Source: Holophagales bacterium (GTDB lineage Bacteria > Acidobacteriota > Thermoanaerobaculia > UBA5066). From it: a stretch of DNA of 64,000 bases. Shown one piece after another: positions 41,025 through 50,797 of the stretch (position 1 is its first letter; the number at the start of each line of letters is the position of its first letter). Where the stretch lies: NCBI GenBank assembly GCA_016714815.1, contig JADKBZ010000016.1, forward strand, positions 37,659 to 101,658, written 5' to 3'. The notes under the pieces were generated by a model, which ran no database searches, was not told where the DNA came from, and saw only the letters and a program-made list of their open reading frames with translations. Position numbers and translations under genes: made by a program.

Positions 41025-42754
41025 GCGCCGCGCCGCCCTCCGCGGTCCTCGCGGACCTCGCGGCGCGCCACTGGGAGTTCCTCTGCCACGAGCTCCCGCT
41101 GACGGCCGTGCTCGCCGGCGAGTCGACCCCCGACTCCGTCCTCTTCCGCGAGTCGCCCGCCGATCACGAGCGCCGGTATCGCACGGCGAGAGTCCTCCTC
41201 GCCGAGGTCGAGGCGATTCCCGCCGACGGGCTCGAAGCAGAGGACCGGGCCACTCACGCTCTCCTCCGTCACGAGCTCGGGAGCCTCCGCGCTCTTCACG
41301 AGGTCGCCGAGCACCTGAGGCCCTCTCTTTTCCCGAACAGTCCCGCGCTCATGGCGGCCCACTTCGCGAACACCGCGAGCATCGACGACGCGGCGTCGGC
41401 CGAGCGCTACGTCGACCGTCTCGCGACGCTTCCGGCGTACCTCCGCGACCTCAAGGAACGTCTCGAAGAAGGGCGCGAGCGGGGGTTCCGGTACCCGCGT
41501 CGCGTCCTCGACCTGGTGGCCGGGAGCACCCGCGGAATCGCCTCCGGGCCGGTCGAGGCCCAGCCCTGGTTGAAGCCCTTCCAGCGCTCCGCCGCGGCAG
41601 GACGCGAGATGGTCCGGAACGCCGCCTCTCGCGCGGAGGCTCTCGCCCGCAACGAGCTGCTCCCCGCCTTCGAGGAGTTCGCCGCGTTCGTCGAGGGACC
41701 CCTCGCCGAAGGCGCTCGCGAGACCGTCACCTGTACCGATGCCCCGCTCGGCCGGGAGCTCTACCGCGCCCTGCTGAAGGACCAGACCACCCTCGATCTC
41801 GGGCCGGAGGAGATCCACGAGCTGGGGCTCTCCGAGAGGAAGCGCCTCGAGGGCGAGATCGAAGCCGTCGCCGCGGAGGCGGGCTTCCCCGGAGACGTTG
41901 CCGGCTATCGCCGGTTCCTCGCGGGGGCGGAGTTCCTCGTTCCCTCGAAGGAAGCGCTCCGGGAGAGGGCGCAGGTCCTCTGCAAGCGGATCGACGCCCG
42001 CATACCCGCCTTCTTCGGGCTCATTCCGAGAATGACCTATGGCGTGGAGACGATCCCGGAAGCGGCCGCCGAGCGCCTCCCCCCGGCCTACGCGCAGGCC
42101 AACCCCGCCGACCGGACCGGGCCGGGGATCTTCCAGATCACGAGCCTTCCCGCGAGACTCCCGACCTGGTTCCTCCCGGCGCTGACGCTGCACGAGGCCT
42201 GGCCCGGGCACCTCATGCACCTGGCGCTCCTGCAGGAAGCGGAGCACCTTCCTGCCTTCCGGCGCCACGGCGCGCTCCGCTATCTCGTCTGCCTCGAAGG
42301 GTGGGCTCTCTACTGCGAGGGCCTCGGCGAGGAGATGGGGATCTACGAGACGCCGCACGAACGCTACGGCCGGCTGGAAGGGGAGACGTGGAGGGCGCTG
42401 CGGCTCGTCGTCGACACGGGAATTCACTGGTACGGCTGGAGCCGCGAACGCGCCGTCGAGGAGATGGCGCGCCACCTGGCCCTTCCGCTTCCGACGATCG
42501 AGGCCGAGGTGGACCGATACATCGCGTGGCCGGGTCAGGCGCTCGTCTACCAGCTGGGGAACCTGAAGTTCCGCGAGCTCCGGCGCCGGGCCGAGGGGAG
42601 GCTCGGAGAGAGGTTCCGGATTCGGGCCTTCCACGACGCGCTGATGGCGGCGGGAGCCGTGACCCTGCCGGTCCTCGACGATCTCGTCGAGGAGTGGCTG
42701 CGCCGCGAGGACGGTCCGACCGCGGAGGATGGGAGCACCGATGGTCTTCGATAG
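41021..42754 (+). CDS. DUF885 family protein (putative metallopeptidase), no signal peptide
   Basis: HEAWPGHLMH, EGWALYCE, EVDRYIAWPGQALVY, FHDALM; GTGA overlap. Confidence 0.9.
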   Translation: MSAAPPSAVLADLAARHWEFLCHELPLTAVLAGESTPDSVLFRESPADHERRYRTARVLLAEVEAIPADGLEAEDRATHALLRHELGSLRALHEVAEHLRPSLFPNSPALMAAHFANTASIDDAASAERYVDRLATLPAYLRDLKERLEEGRERGFRYPRRVLDLVAGSTRGIASGPVEAQPWLKPFQRSAAAGREMVRNAASRAEALARNELLPAFEEFAAFVEGPLAEGARETVTCTDAPLGRELYRALLKDQTTLDLGPEEIHELGLSERKRLEGEIEAVAAEAGFPGDVAGYRRFLAGAEFLVPSKEALRERAQVLCKRIDARIPAFFGLIPRMTYGVETIPEAAAERLPPAYAQANPADRTGPGIFQITSLPARLPTWFLPALTLHEAWPGHLMHLALLQEAEHLPAFRRHGALRYLVCLEGWALYCEGLGEEMGIYETPHERYGRLEGETWRALRLVVDTGIHWYGWSRERAVEEMARHLALPLPTIEAEVDRYIAWPGQALVYQLGNLKFRELRRRAEGRLGERFRIRAFHDALMAAGAVTLPVLDDLVEEWLRREDGPTAEDGSTDGLR

Positions 42755-43514
42755 CGCCTGCATTCCCTCGAGCCACATTCACTTCGAGGTGCACGGAGAA
42801 GGCGTCCCCCTCTTCCTCGGTTTTCCCCTCATGGCCTCGCAGGGCGAGATCTTCGGCGAGGAGGGCGCCGCGGTCCTGCGCGGTTACCTCGACCGGCTGA
42901 CGGACCGCTACCGCGTCCTCGTCGCCGACTATCCGAGCATCGGCAGGAGCGGCTCGATCCCGACCGCCGAGCTCACCGCCGACCGCGTCTCTACGGACCT
43001 CCTTCGCGTGGCCGACGCCGCCGGGTTCGACCGCTTCGCCTTCTGGGGCTTCTCCTGGGGAGGAGCCGCGGGGCTGCAGCTCGCGTCGCGAACGGATCGG
43101 CTGACGGCGCTCGTCTGCGGGGGCTGGCCTCCGCTCGGCGGTCCGTACGCGGAGATCCTCCGGGCGAGCCGCGAGGCGGCGGCAGATCCGCCGGCCTCGG
43201 CGACGGTGGTCCTGCGCGAGCCGGCGCAGTACGCGCAGTGGGTCACCTTCTACGAGAGCGTCCTGAACTGGCCCGAGGCGGAAGCCGTTGCCCGAATCGC
43301 CTGCCCGCGGATGGCGTACGCCGGCTCGGAGGGCGACCCCACGGCAGGGCACGAAGTCCCGATCTCGATCGCCTCGACGATCCGCGACCGACGCGGAGAG
43401 CTCGAGGCGATGGGCTGGCGCGTGACGGAGATCCCCGGCCGCGACCACTCCGTCTGCCTCGATCCGGCGACGGTCGTGCCCCTCGTCCGGGATTTCCTCG
43501 ACGCGGTCTCGTGA
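42741..43514 (+). CDS. alpha/beta hydrolase
   Basis: DYPSIGRS, GFSWGG nucleophile elbow, GRDH. Confidence 0.85.
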   Translation: MVFDSACIPSSHIHFEVHGEGVPLFLGFPLMASQGEIFGEEGAAVLRGYLDRLTDRYRVLVADYPSIGRSGSIPTAELTADRVSTDLLRVADAAGFDRFAFWGFSWGGAAGLQLASRTDRLTALVCGGWPPLGGPYAEILRASREAAADPPASATVVLREPAQYAQWVTFYESVLNWPEAEAVARIACPRMAYAGSEGDPTAGHEVPISIASTIRDRRGELEAMGWRVTEIPGRDHSVCLDPATVVPLVRDFLDAVS

Positions 43515-43541
43515 AACGGCGATGACGTGAAGGAGCCGGCC

Positions 43542-45575
43542 ATGACGCTCGACGACCCGAAGACGGAACCCGCAGCGGCGATGGTCTCGTTCGGGTCCGT
43601 GAGCTTTGAGGACCCGGATGCCTGGCTCGAGGAGGAGACCGAGACGGTCCTCTCGTGGCAGGCGGAGCAGGACGCGCGGGCGGCGTCCTGGCTCGCGGCG
43701 CGGCCCGGGTTCGCAGACCTTTGTGAGCGCATCGCCGCGCTCGACTCCAACCAGGCCGTGTCGGCGCCGCAGTACGGCGGTGGCCGCTGGTTCCGGCAGC
43801 GGGTGCCGGAGGGCGAGGACCTGGCAATTCTCGAGGTCGCGGAGACACCGACGGGAGAGGGCCGCCGGGTCGTCGACCTGAACGTGCTGCGAACCAGCGA
43901 GCCGCTGCTCATTCCCTGGTTCGTCCCCTCGCCCGACGGCCGCAGGCTGGCGTACTCGCGGTCCGCAGTGGGGCGGGAGCCCGAGTCGTTCCAGGTCATC
44001 GACGTGGAGACGGGCGAGCTCCTCCTCGCGGGCGTCCCGCAGGAGCGGGCGACGTCCCCGGTCTGGCTGCCGGACGGAAGCGGATTCACCTATCGGGCCA
44101 TCGATCCGGCCGTCTCGAAGAGCGACAGCCTCATCTTCCACCTCACCCTGGGCGAGGCGCCGCCGACGAAGCCGGAGCCGCTCGACCTGGGCCACCCGAT
44201 GTCGTGGCCCGCGAGCGCCGCGGGCGGCCGCTACGTCCTCGTCTACTCCAACCACATGGAGCCGAGGCCCGACTTCATCCGGGAGATCGGCGGCGCCTGG
44301 CGTCCGTTCCTGAAGGCCGTGCCCGGCATGTTCCGCGGCGTCGTCCTGGGCGAGAAGTTCATCGCCATCACGACCGACGGTGCCGCGCGGGGCCGGCTGG
44401 TCTCGATCCCGCTCGACACTCCTTCGGACCGCGACGCCTGGCAGGAGCTCGTCCCGGGCTCCGACGCCGTCCTCGCCTCTATCGCCGCCGTCGGGCAGCG
44501 CCTGGTCCTCGTGGAGCTCGTCGACACCTACGCCCGCCTGCGCGTTCTCGGCGCCGACGGCCAGGTCGAGGGAGAGATCGCCCTGCCGGGACGGGGAGTC
44601 GTGAACACGACCAGCACGAATGCCGTCGCGATCGCGTTCCTGGACTGCGTCGCCGTCGGGGGCGACGACGATGTCGTCTTCGTCTACTCCTCGCTGACCC
44701 AGGCCCCGGCGCTCTACCGCGCCAGCGTCGTCGATCGGACGAGCGAACCCCTCACGCCGCCCGGGGCCCGGCTCGACGCCCTCGTGACCGACCACTCCGC
44801 CACGAGCGCGGACGGCACCCGGGTCCGCTATCGCGTCGTGACGCGGAAGGACGACCGGTCCGGGTCCCGGCCCACGATCGTCCACGCGCACGGCGGGTTC
44901 AACGTCGCCTTCCTGCCCGGATGGCCGGTCCCGTTTCTGGCCGCCTGGGTCCGGTCGGGCGGCGCTCTCGTGATCGCCCACGTACGCGGGGGCGGGGAGT
45001 TCGGGCCCGACTGGTGGCGGGCCGGGCAGCTCGCGCGGAAGCAGAACGGATTCGACGATCTCTACGCCGTCGCCGAGGACCTCGTGGCCCGAGGCGTCAC
45101 GATGCCCGGACGGCTGGGCGTCTACGGGACCTCCAGCGGCGGTACGCTGGCCGCCGTGGCTGCGGTCAAGCGCCCCGACCTGTTCCGGGCCGCCGTCCCC
45201 CAGGTCCCCATCACCGACCAGTTCGCGCTCGTCCGGGACCCCCTCACCTGGATGATCGCGAGGTTGGAGGACGGGGATCCGAACGAACCGGAGATGAGCC
45301 GGGTCCTCCTCTCCTGGTCCCCGTACCAGAACGTCGTCGACGGAGTGGCTTACCCGGCGGTCCTCCTGGACTGCGTGTCGAACGAACCGCGGTGTCCCGC
45401 GTGGCACGGCCGCAAGCTGGCGGCACGGATGCAGCGGGCGACGTCCTCCGGCCGTCCCGTCCTGCTCCGGGTCCGCCGGAGCGCGGGGCAACGCGCCGTG
45501 GGCGAGGCCGCGCAGCGCCTCCAGCAGGCCGAGTTGCTCGCCTTCTTCGTCGACCAGCTGGGGCTCCCGACATGA
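43542..45575 (+). CDS. prolyl oligopeptidase (S9A) family protein with a deviant catalytic triad
   Basis: DPDAWLE, SPDG propeller, VRGGGEFGPDW, GTSSGG; Asp site reads NEPRC and His site reads AGQR. Confidence 0.88.
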   Translation: MTLDDPKTEPAAAMVSFGSVSFEDPDAWLEEETETVLSWQAEQDARAASWLAARPGFADLCERIAALDSNQAVSAPQYGGGRWFRQRVPEGEDLAILEVAETPTGEGRRVVDLNVLRTSEPLLIPWFVPSPDGRRLAYSRSAVGREPESFQVIDVETGELLLAGVPQERATSPVWLPDGSGFTYRAIDPAVSKSDSLIFHLTLGEAPPTKPEPLDLGHPMSWPASAAGGRYVLVYSNHMEPRPDFIREIGGAWRPFLKAVPGMFRGVVLGEKFIAITTDGAARGRLVSIPLDTPSDRDAWQELVPGSDAVLASIAAVGQRLVLVELVDTYARLRVLGADGQVEGEIALPGRGVVNTTSTNAVAIAFLDCVAVGGDDDVVFVYSSLTQAPALYRASVVDRTSEPLTPPGARLDALVTDHSATSADGTRVRYRVVTRKDDRSGSRPTIVHAHGGFNVAFLPGWPVPFLAAWVRSGGALVIAHVRGGGEFGPDWWRAGQLARKQNGFDDLYAVAEDLVARGVTMPGRLGVYGTSSGGTLAAVAAVKRPDLFRAAVPQVPITDQFALVRDPLTWMIARLEDGDPNEPEMSRVLLSWSPYQNVVDGVAYPAVLLDCVSNEPRCPAWHGRKLAARMQRATSSGRPVLLRVRRSAGQRAVGEAAQRLQQAELLAFFVDQLGLPT

Positions 45576-45630
45576 GACGTACCGGCCGCCCGCGACGACC
45601 GGGCTCTTCAGAGACGAGAGGCGACCGCCG

Positions 45631-47055
45631 ATGACGGAACCCGTGACGAAAGCTCCTGAAGCGTCCGCCGCCCCGAAGGGCCTCGGCTGGCGAGTGCTGG
45701 CCGCGTACGCCCTTCCGACGTTGCCGCTCTTCTTCCTCATGGGCCCCGCGATCTCGGTGATCCAGGGGATCTACGCGAAATTCTTCGGGCTCGGCCTGGC
45801 GCAGATCGCCCTCGTGCTGATGATCGCCCGGAGCTTCAACGCGGTGACCGATCCGGTCATCGGCTACCTGTCCGACCGCTACCGGGCCCGGCGAGGTACC
45901 CGGAAACCGTTTCTCGTCGGAGGGTCCCTGCTCGCGGTCCTGGCCTGCTGGTTCCTCTACGTCCCGGTCGGCAAGGTCACGACGCTCTCGTTCCTTGGCT
46001 GGTTTCTGCTCGCGGACATCGGCTGGTCGATGTGCGCCGTTCCGTACTACGCCTGGATGGCGGAGCTGACGGAGGACTACCGCGAGCGGACTCGGATAGC
46101 GAGCTGGCGCGCCATGTCCGGATACTTCGGTTACCTCGCGTTCTTCGGCATGCCGATGGCCGCCGGGCCCTTCCTCGGAACGACCGAGTTCACGCCCGTC
46201 ACGCTGCGCTGGTGCGCGATCTTCGCCGCCGTCACCCTGCCCACCGCGGCCCTGATCGCCGCGTTCGTCGTCCCGAACGGGGCCGTCGCCGCACGGCCGG
46301 CCGCCAACCCCTTCCGGGGAGCGATGCGTGCGATCGCGGGGAATCGCCCTCTCTGGAGATTCATGGCGATGTACCTGGTCGGGGGCCTGGGCGCAGGCAT
46401 GGCCTGGGGCGTGGCGTTCTTCTACATCGACGGCTACCAGAAGCTCGGCGCGAAGTTCTCGGGGCTGCTCGTCCTCAGCATTCCGGTCGCCATCCTGGCC
46501 ACGCCCGTCTGGGGCTGGCTCTGCAGGCGGTTCGGGAAGCAGCAGGTGTGGGCCGCCGGCTACGTCGGAGCGAGCATCGCCTCGCTCGGGTACATCTTCA
46601 TCTCGCCGGGACCCGGAGCCGCGGTCCTCGTCGGGGTCACTCTGCTGCTGCTGAACGCCATGGTCGTGGTGGATCCGGTCGCCGGGCCGGCGATGCTGGC
46701 GGACGTCGTCGACTACGGACGCTGGCGGTTCGGTACCGACCAGGGAGGGACTTACTTCGCCCTCTACGGGATGATCCAGAAGCTCAACATCGGGATCGGA
46801 GCGGGGGCCGGGCTCGCGCTCGCCGGCGCGTTCGGCTTCGACGCCACGGTCGCGAAGCAGACACCGGGCGGGCTCGTCGGCTTGTTCCTCTCGCTCTCGG
46901 TGATGCCGGCCGTCTGCTACCTGATCTCGGCCGTCATGATCTGGCGCTTTCCGATCAACCAGAAGCGCCAGAAGGTCATCGTGAAGGCCATCGAGCGGAG
47001 GGAGCGGCGCCGCGCCGCGGCGGCTTTCGAGGCGCCGGCGGAGGTCGCACCGTGA
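45631..47055 (+). CDS. MFS transporter, GPH/MelB-like
   Basis: AVTDPVIGYLSD, AELTEDYRERT, MLADVVDY; ~12 TM. Confidence 0.9.
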   Translation: MTEPVTKAPEASAAPKGLGWRVLAAYALPTLPLFFLMGPAISVIQGIYAKFFGLGLAQIALVLMIARSFNAVTDPVIGYLSDRYRARRGTRKPFLVGGSLLAVLACWFLYVPVGKVTTLSFLGWFLLADIGWSMCAVPYYAWMAELTEDYRERTRIASWRAMSGYFGYLAFFGMPMAAGPFLGTTEFTPVTLRWCAIFAAVTLPTAALIAAFVVPNGAVAARPAANPFRGAMRAIAGNRPLWRFMAMYLVGGLGAGMAWGVAFFYIDGYQKLGAKFSGLLVLSIPVAILATPVWGWLCRRFGKQQVWAAGYVGASIASLGYIFISPGPGAAVLVGVTLLLLNAMVVVDPVAGPAMLADVVDYGRWRFGTDQGGTYFALYGMIQKLNIGIGAGAGLALAGAFGFDATVAKQTPGGLVGLFLSLSVMPAVCYLISAVMIWRFPINQKRQKVIVKAIERRERRRAAAAFEAPAEVAP

Positions 47056-48116
47056 GTACGAGCAGGCCGGCCGAAACGAGGAACGCCAGCGCCCTGCTGC
47101 GCGACGGACTGGTCTGGGACAACCACGGCTGCATGCCGGTGGGACGCCCGAACGACACGTCGTTCCTGCCGCAGCTCCGGCGCTACCGTTCGGCGGGCGT
47201 CGACGCCGTGATGCTCAACGTCGGCTTCGGCGACATGGGCGTCGAGGAGCACCTGCGCACGCTGGCCGACATGCGCCACTGGCTGAAGGCGCGGCCCGAC
47301 GAGTACGTGCTCATCGGCACGGCGGACGACGTCGAGCGGGCCCGCGCGACCGGCCGCCTCGCCGTCGGCTTCGACATCGAGGGCGCGAACGCGATCGCGG
47401 ACCAGCCGAGCCTCATCGAGACCTACTACGACCTCGGTGTCCGCTGGATGCTCCTGGCTTACAACCGGAACAACCGGGTCGGAGGCGGGTGCCAGGACGA
47501 GGACACGGGCCTGACGGCCTACGGACGCGAGGTCATCGCCGAGATGGAGCGCGTGGGGATGCAGGTCTGCTGCAGCCACACCGGGTACCGCACCGTCCGC
47601 GACGTCTTCGAGGTCGTCACGAAGCCGGTCATCTTCTCGCACAGCAACGCGAGAGCGGTTCACGCGCACCCGCGGAACGTCCCCGACGACCTGATCCGCG
47701 CCTGCGCCGCGACGGGGGGCGTCGTCGGCCTCAACGGCCTGAGCGTCTTCCTCGGCCCGGGCGAGGACCTCGTCGAGACCTTCGTGCGCCACGTCGAGCA
47801 CGTCGTCTCTCTCGTCGGTCCCGGGCACGTCGCCCTGGGGCTCGACTACGTCTTCGACCGGCAGGAGCTGGACGAGATCCTCGTCAAGATGCGCGCGACC
47901 TTCCCGCCGGGGCTCGGCTACGACGAGCCGCTGCGGTTCGTCGAGCCGGAGCAGCTGGAGCGGGTCGTCGAGGTCCTCCTCTCCCGCGGCTTCCGGACGG
48001 CGGACCTCGAGGCGCTCCTGGGCGGAAACCTGATGAGGCTGGCGAGGTCGGTCTGGAAGGCTCCGCGCCCGGCCGCGGAAGCGACGGGCGATCAGCGGAC
48101 GAGCTCTCTCCCGTGA
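47052..48116 (+). CDS. M19 (renal/membrane) dipeptidase family
   Basis: WDNHGC, FDIEG, GVRWMLLAYN, SH-T, FSHSN, RNVPD. Confidence 0.9.
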   Translation: MSTSRPAETRNASALLRDGLVWDNHGCMPVGRPNDTSFLPQLRRYRSAGVDAVMLNVGFGDMGVEEHLRTLADMRHWLKARPDEYVLIGTADDVERARATGRLAVGFDIEGANAIADQPSLIETYYDLGVRWMLLAYNRNNRVGGGCQDEDTGLTAYGREVIAEMERVGMQVCCSHTGYRTVRDVFEVVTKPVIFSHSNARAVHAHPRNVPDDLIRACAATGGVVGLNGLSVFLGPGEDLVETFVRHVEHVVSLVGPGHVALGLDYVFDRQELDEILVKMRATFPPGLGYDEPLRFVEPEQLERVVEVLLSRGFRTADLEALLGGNLMRLARSVWKAPRPAAEATGDQRTSSLP

Positions 48117-49402
48117 GAGGGCTGCGCGCCGTCTTTAGCGACTACGTCGAGGCAGCGCGCGCCTTCTCGCAGCCCGCGAGGCTGCTCGTCGTCTCCGTTT
48201 TCCTCGTCTGGGTCGCCCGGGGAATCCAGGGGGTCCTCTTCAACCTCTATCTCGTCGAGGCCGGCCACCAGGCGCCGTTCGTCGGCCGGGCCCTTGCGAT
48301 GACGGGGGCCGGCATCGCCCTCGCGGCCCTCCCGGCGGGGCTCTTCGCGGAGCGCTGGGGCCGGCGCCGCTGCCTGATGCTCGGCCTCGCCGCCGAGGGA
48401 ATCGGCCTCCTGCTCCGGGCCCTCGTGACGGATCCGGGGGCGATCCTCGCCTTGAGCTTCCTCGGAGGCGCCGGCCAGTCGCTCTACCAGATCGCCGCCC
48501 TGCCATTCCTGACCGAGCACTCCGGGTCGCGCGAGCGGACGCACCTCTTCAGCGTCGTCTTCTCGGCGGCTCTCCTGGCCGGCGTCGTGGGGAGCGCCGT
48601 CGGCGGCTTCCTGCCTGCCGCCCTGCTCTCTCTTCCCGACGCAGTCCGGCCCGGGTCGCTCGGGGCGTACCGGGGGGTGCTCGTCCTGGGCGGGCTCGTC
48701 GCGTTCTCCGCCTCCCTGCCGCTCCTGCGGCTGCGCGGGCTGCAGGAGGCGTCGGCCGAGCAGCAGCGGGCGGTGCAGCCGCCCGGTTCGGGACGACTGC
48801 TCGTCCCGATCGCGTTCAACTTCCTCCTCGTCGGGTGCGGCGCCGGCCTCGTCGTCCCCTTCATGAACCTCTACTTCAAGGACCGCTTCGCCTGCTCGGC
48901 CGCGCAGATCGGGGCGTACTTCTCGATCGCGTCGATCGTCACGGCGGTCGCGGGCCTCGCCGCGCCGCTCGTCGCGCGCCGGTTCGGGACCCTCCGGACG
49001 GCCGTCGCGTTCGAGCTCCTCTCGCTCCCATTCCTCGTCACGATGGGGGCGGAGAGCCGACTCGCCGTAGCAGTCGGGGCGTTCTGGCTCCGCGCGATGC
49101 TCATGCAGGCCGGGACGCCGTTGCTGCAGACCTTCGTCATGGAGGCCCTCCCGCCGGGCCTTCGCGCCCGCTCGAGCAGCGTCAACAACCTCGTCTGGAA
49201 CCTCGGCTGGGCCGCGAGCGCCGGAGGCGCCGGGGCTCTGATCGCGCGCTGGGGCTACGCGCTTCCGTTCTACCTGACCGCCGCGCTCTACGCGACGGCA
49301 TCCATCACCTTCTACCTTTCGTTCCGGCGCTTCCCGCGAGGCGGGGGAGAGCCGCGGATCGGAGAGGTCGCCATGAGCCTCGGTGCTCAGGAGGTCCACT
49401 GA
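48113..49402 (+). CDS. MFS transporter
   Basis: AERWGRRR motif A, ~12 TM; GTGA overlap. Confidence 0.88.
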   Translation: MRGLRAVFSDYVEAARAFSQPARLLVVSVFLVWVARGIQGVLFNLYLVEAGHQAPFVGRALAMTGAGIALAALPAGLFAERWGRRRCLMLGLAAEGIGLLLRALVTDPGAILALSFLGGAGQSLYQIAALPFLTEHSGSRERTHLFSVVFSAALLAGVVGSAVGGFLPAALLSLPDAVRPGSLGAYRGVLVLGGLVAFSASLPLLRLRGLQEASAEQQRAVQPPGSGRLLVPIAFNFLLVGCGAGLVVPFMNLYFKDRFACSAAQIGAYFSIASIVTAVAGLAAPLVARRFGTLRTAVAFELLSLPFLVTMGAESRLAVAVGAFWLRAMLMQAGTPLLQTFVMEALPPGLRARSSSVNNLVWNLGWAASAGGAGALIARWGYALPFYLTAALYATASITFYLSFRRFPRGGGEPRIGEVAMSLGAQEVH

Positions 49403-49403
49403 C

Positions 49404-50738
49404 ATGAAAGAGAGCGTTTTCGAAGTCCTGCGCGCGGAGGGGCTGAACCGCCTGCGGATCCACTACGACTGGAGGTGCGACGTCTTCTCCCTCTACGCGG
49501 CGCGAGAGTGGGACGCCGACACGTCGTTCGCCCGGTACAACGCGGCGTTCACCGCCTGGACCCTCTGCCCGTCCGACGGGCGGTACCTCAATCACGCCCA
49601 GACGGAGGCGGCCTTCGAGAAGCATGGGATGTCGGCGCACCTCGGCAGGGTCAAGGAGCTGATGCGGAAGGGGAGGCACATCCTCCTCGATTGCTACTTT
49701 CACGAGAAGCTCGACATCCGCTTCGTCAACCACATCCACAGCGACAAGCGCGGCGTCAACAACCGGCGCTCGTCGATCGTGATGGGCGGGATCCGGCGCC
49801 ACGAGCCGGGCGAGGACGAGATCGACGTCTTCGTCGACGGGATGAACCTCGGCCGCGGGATGACATTCAAGAACGTGGCGGCCGGCCTGCCGATGGGCGG
49901 CTGCAAGACGACCGTCCAGATGGCGCCGGTCGACCTCGGCGACCTCGACCAGGTCGGCTTCCTGGCCTACGCGACGGACCGGACCCGGAATACCGCCGGA
50001 CCGGACATGAAGTTCCCTCCGGAGCTCGCCGACGTCGTGAACGAGCACTTCTCGCTGCACTTCGTGGGCGGGCCGAAGGGGCCTCTGGGCCCCACCGGCA
50101 CCCCCACCGCCCACGGGGTCTACATGGCCGTGAAGCAGGGGGCGAGATTCCTCTGGGGTTCCGAGTCTCTCGAGGGGAAGACGATCGCCGTGCAGGGGCT
50201 GGGCGCCGTCGGGTTCCACCTGGCGGGACTCTACCTGAAGGAGGGCGCGCGCCTCATCGTCTGCGACCGCGAGCCGGCCGCCGTCGACGCGTTCCTGAAG
50301 GCACAGCCGGGCGCCGCGATCCGGGTCGTCGATCCCGGGGAGATCCTCGGCGTCGAGGCGGACGTCTTCTCTCCGGCCGCGGCCGGCGGCATCCTGACGG
50401 AAGAGAACATCCCGGACCTTCGCTTCAAGCTGATCATGGGAGGCGCGAACAACGTTCTCCGAGCCTCCAGCCAGGAAGAGGAGTACGCGCTGGCCCGGCT
50501 GCTCGCGAAGCACGGAGTGCTCTACCAGGTCGATTGGTGGCACAACGTCGCCGGAGTGATGGCTGGCTACGAGGAGTACGTGTACCAGCGCGAAGCCAGC
50601 ATCGAACGGCTGATGGAGAAGGTCGGGAAGCTCTGCACCGAGACGACGTGGGAGAACCTGACCGAGGCCCGTCGCGAGGGGATCACGCCGACCGAGCGCG
50701 CCTACCGAACGGCGGAGCGCGAGGTCTACGGGGAATAG
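49404..50738 (+). CDS. Glu/Leu/Phe/Val dehydrogenase family with N-terminal extension
   Basis: GGIRR, RGMTFKN, GGCK, TAHGV, QGLGAVG, GGANN. Confidence 0.88.
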   Translation: MKESVFEVLRAEGLNRLRIHYDWRCDVFSLYAAREWDADTSFARYNAAFTAWTLCPSDGRYLNHAQTEAAFEKHGMSAHLGRVKELMRKGRHILLDCYFHEKLDIRFVNHIHSDKRGVNNRRSSIVMGGIRRHEPGEDEIDVFVDGMNLGRGMTFKNVAAGLPMGGCKTTVQMAPVDLGDLDQVGFLAYATDRTRNTAGPDMKFPPELADVVNEHFSLHFVGGPKGPLGPTGTPTAHGVYMAVKQGARFLWGSESLEGKTIAVQGLGAVGFHLAGLYLKEGARLIVCDREPAAVDAFLKAQPGAAIRVVDPGEILGVEADVFSPAAAGGILTEENIPDLRFKLIMGGANNVLRASSQEEEYALARLLAKHGVLYQVDWWHNVAGVMAGYEEYVYQREASIERLMEKVGKLCTETTWENLTEARREGITPTERAYRTAEREVYGE

Positions 50739-50797
50739 AGGCTCTTTTAGGTGAATCGCGTCGCATCGATGACTGTGCCTGGCGGGAGGAAGGCCTC

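Noticed and set aside
50739-50797. Cobalamin riboswitch upstream of rdhA
   Set aside because: The gap is only 59 bp and has no B12-box motif.
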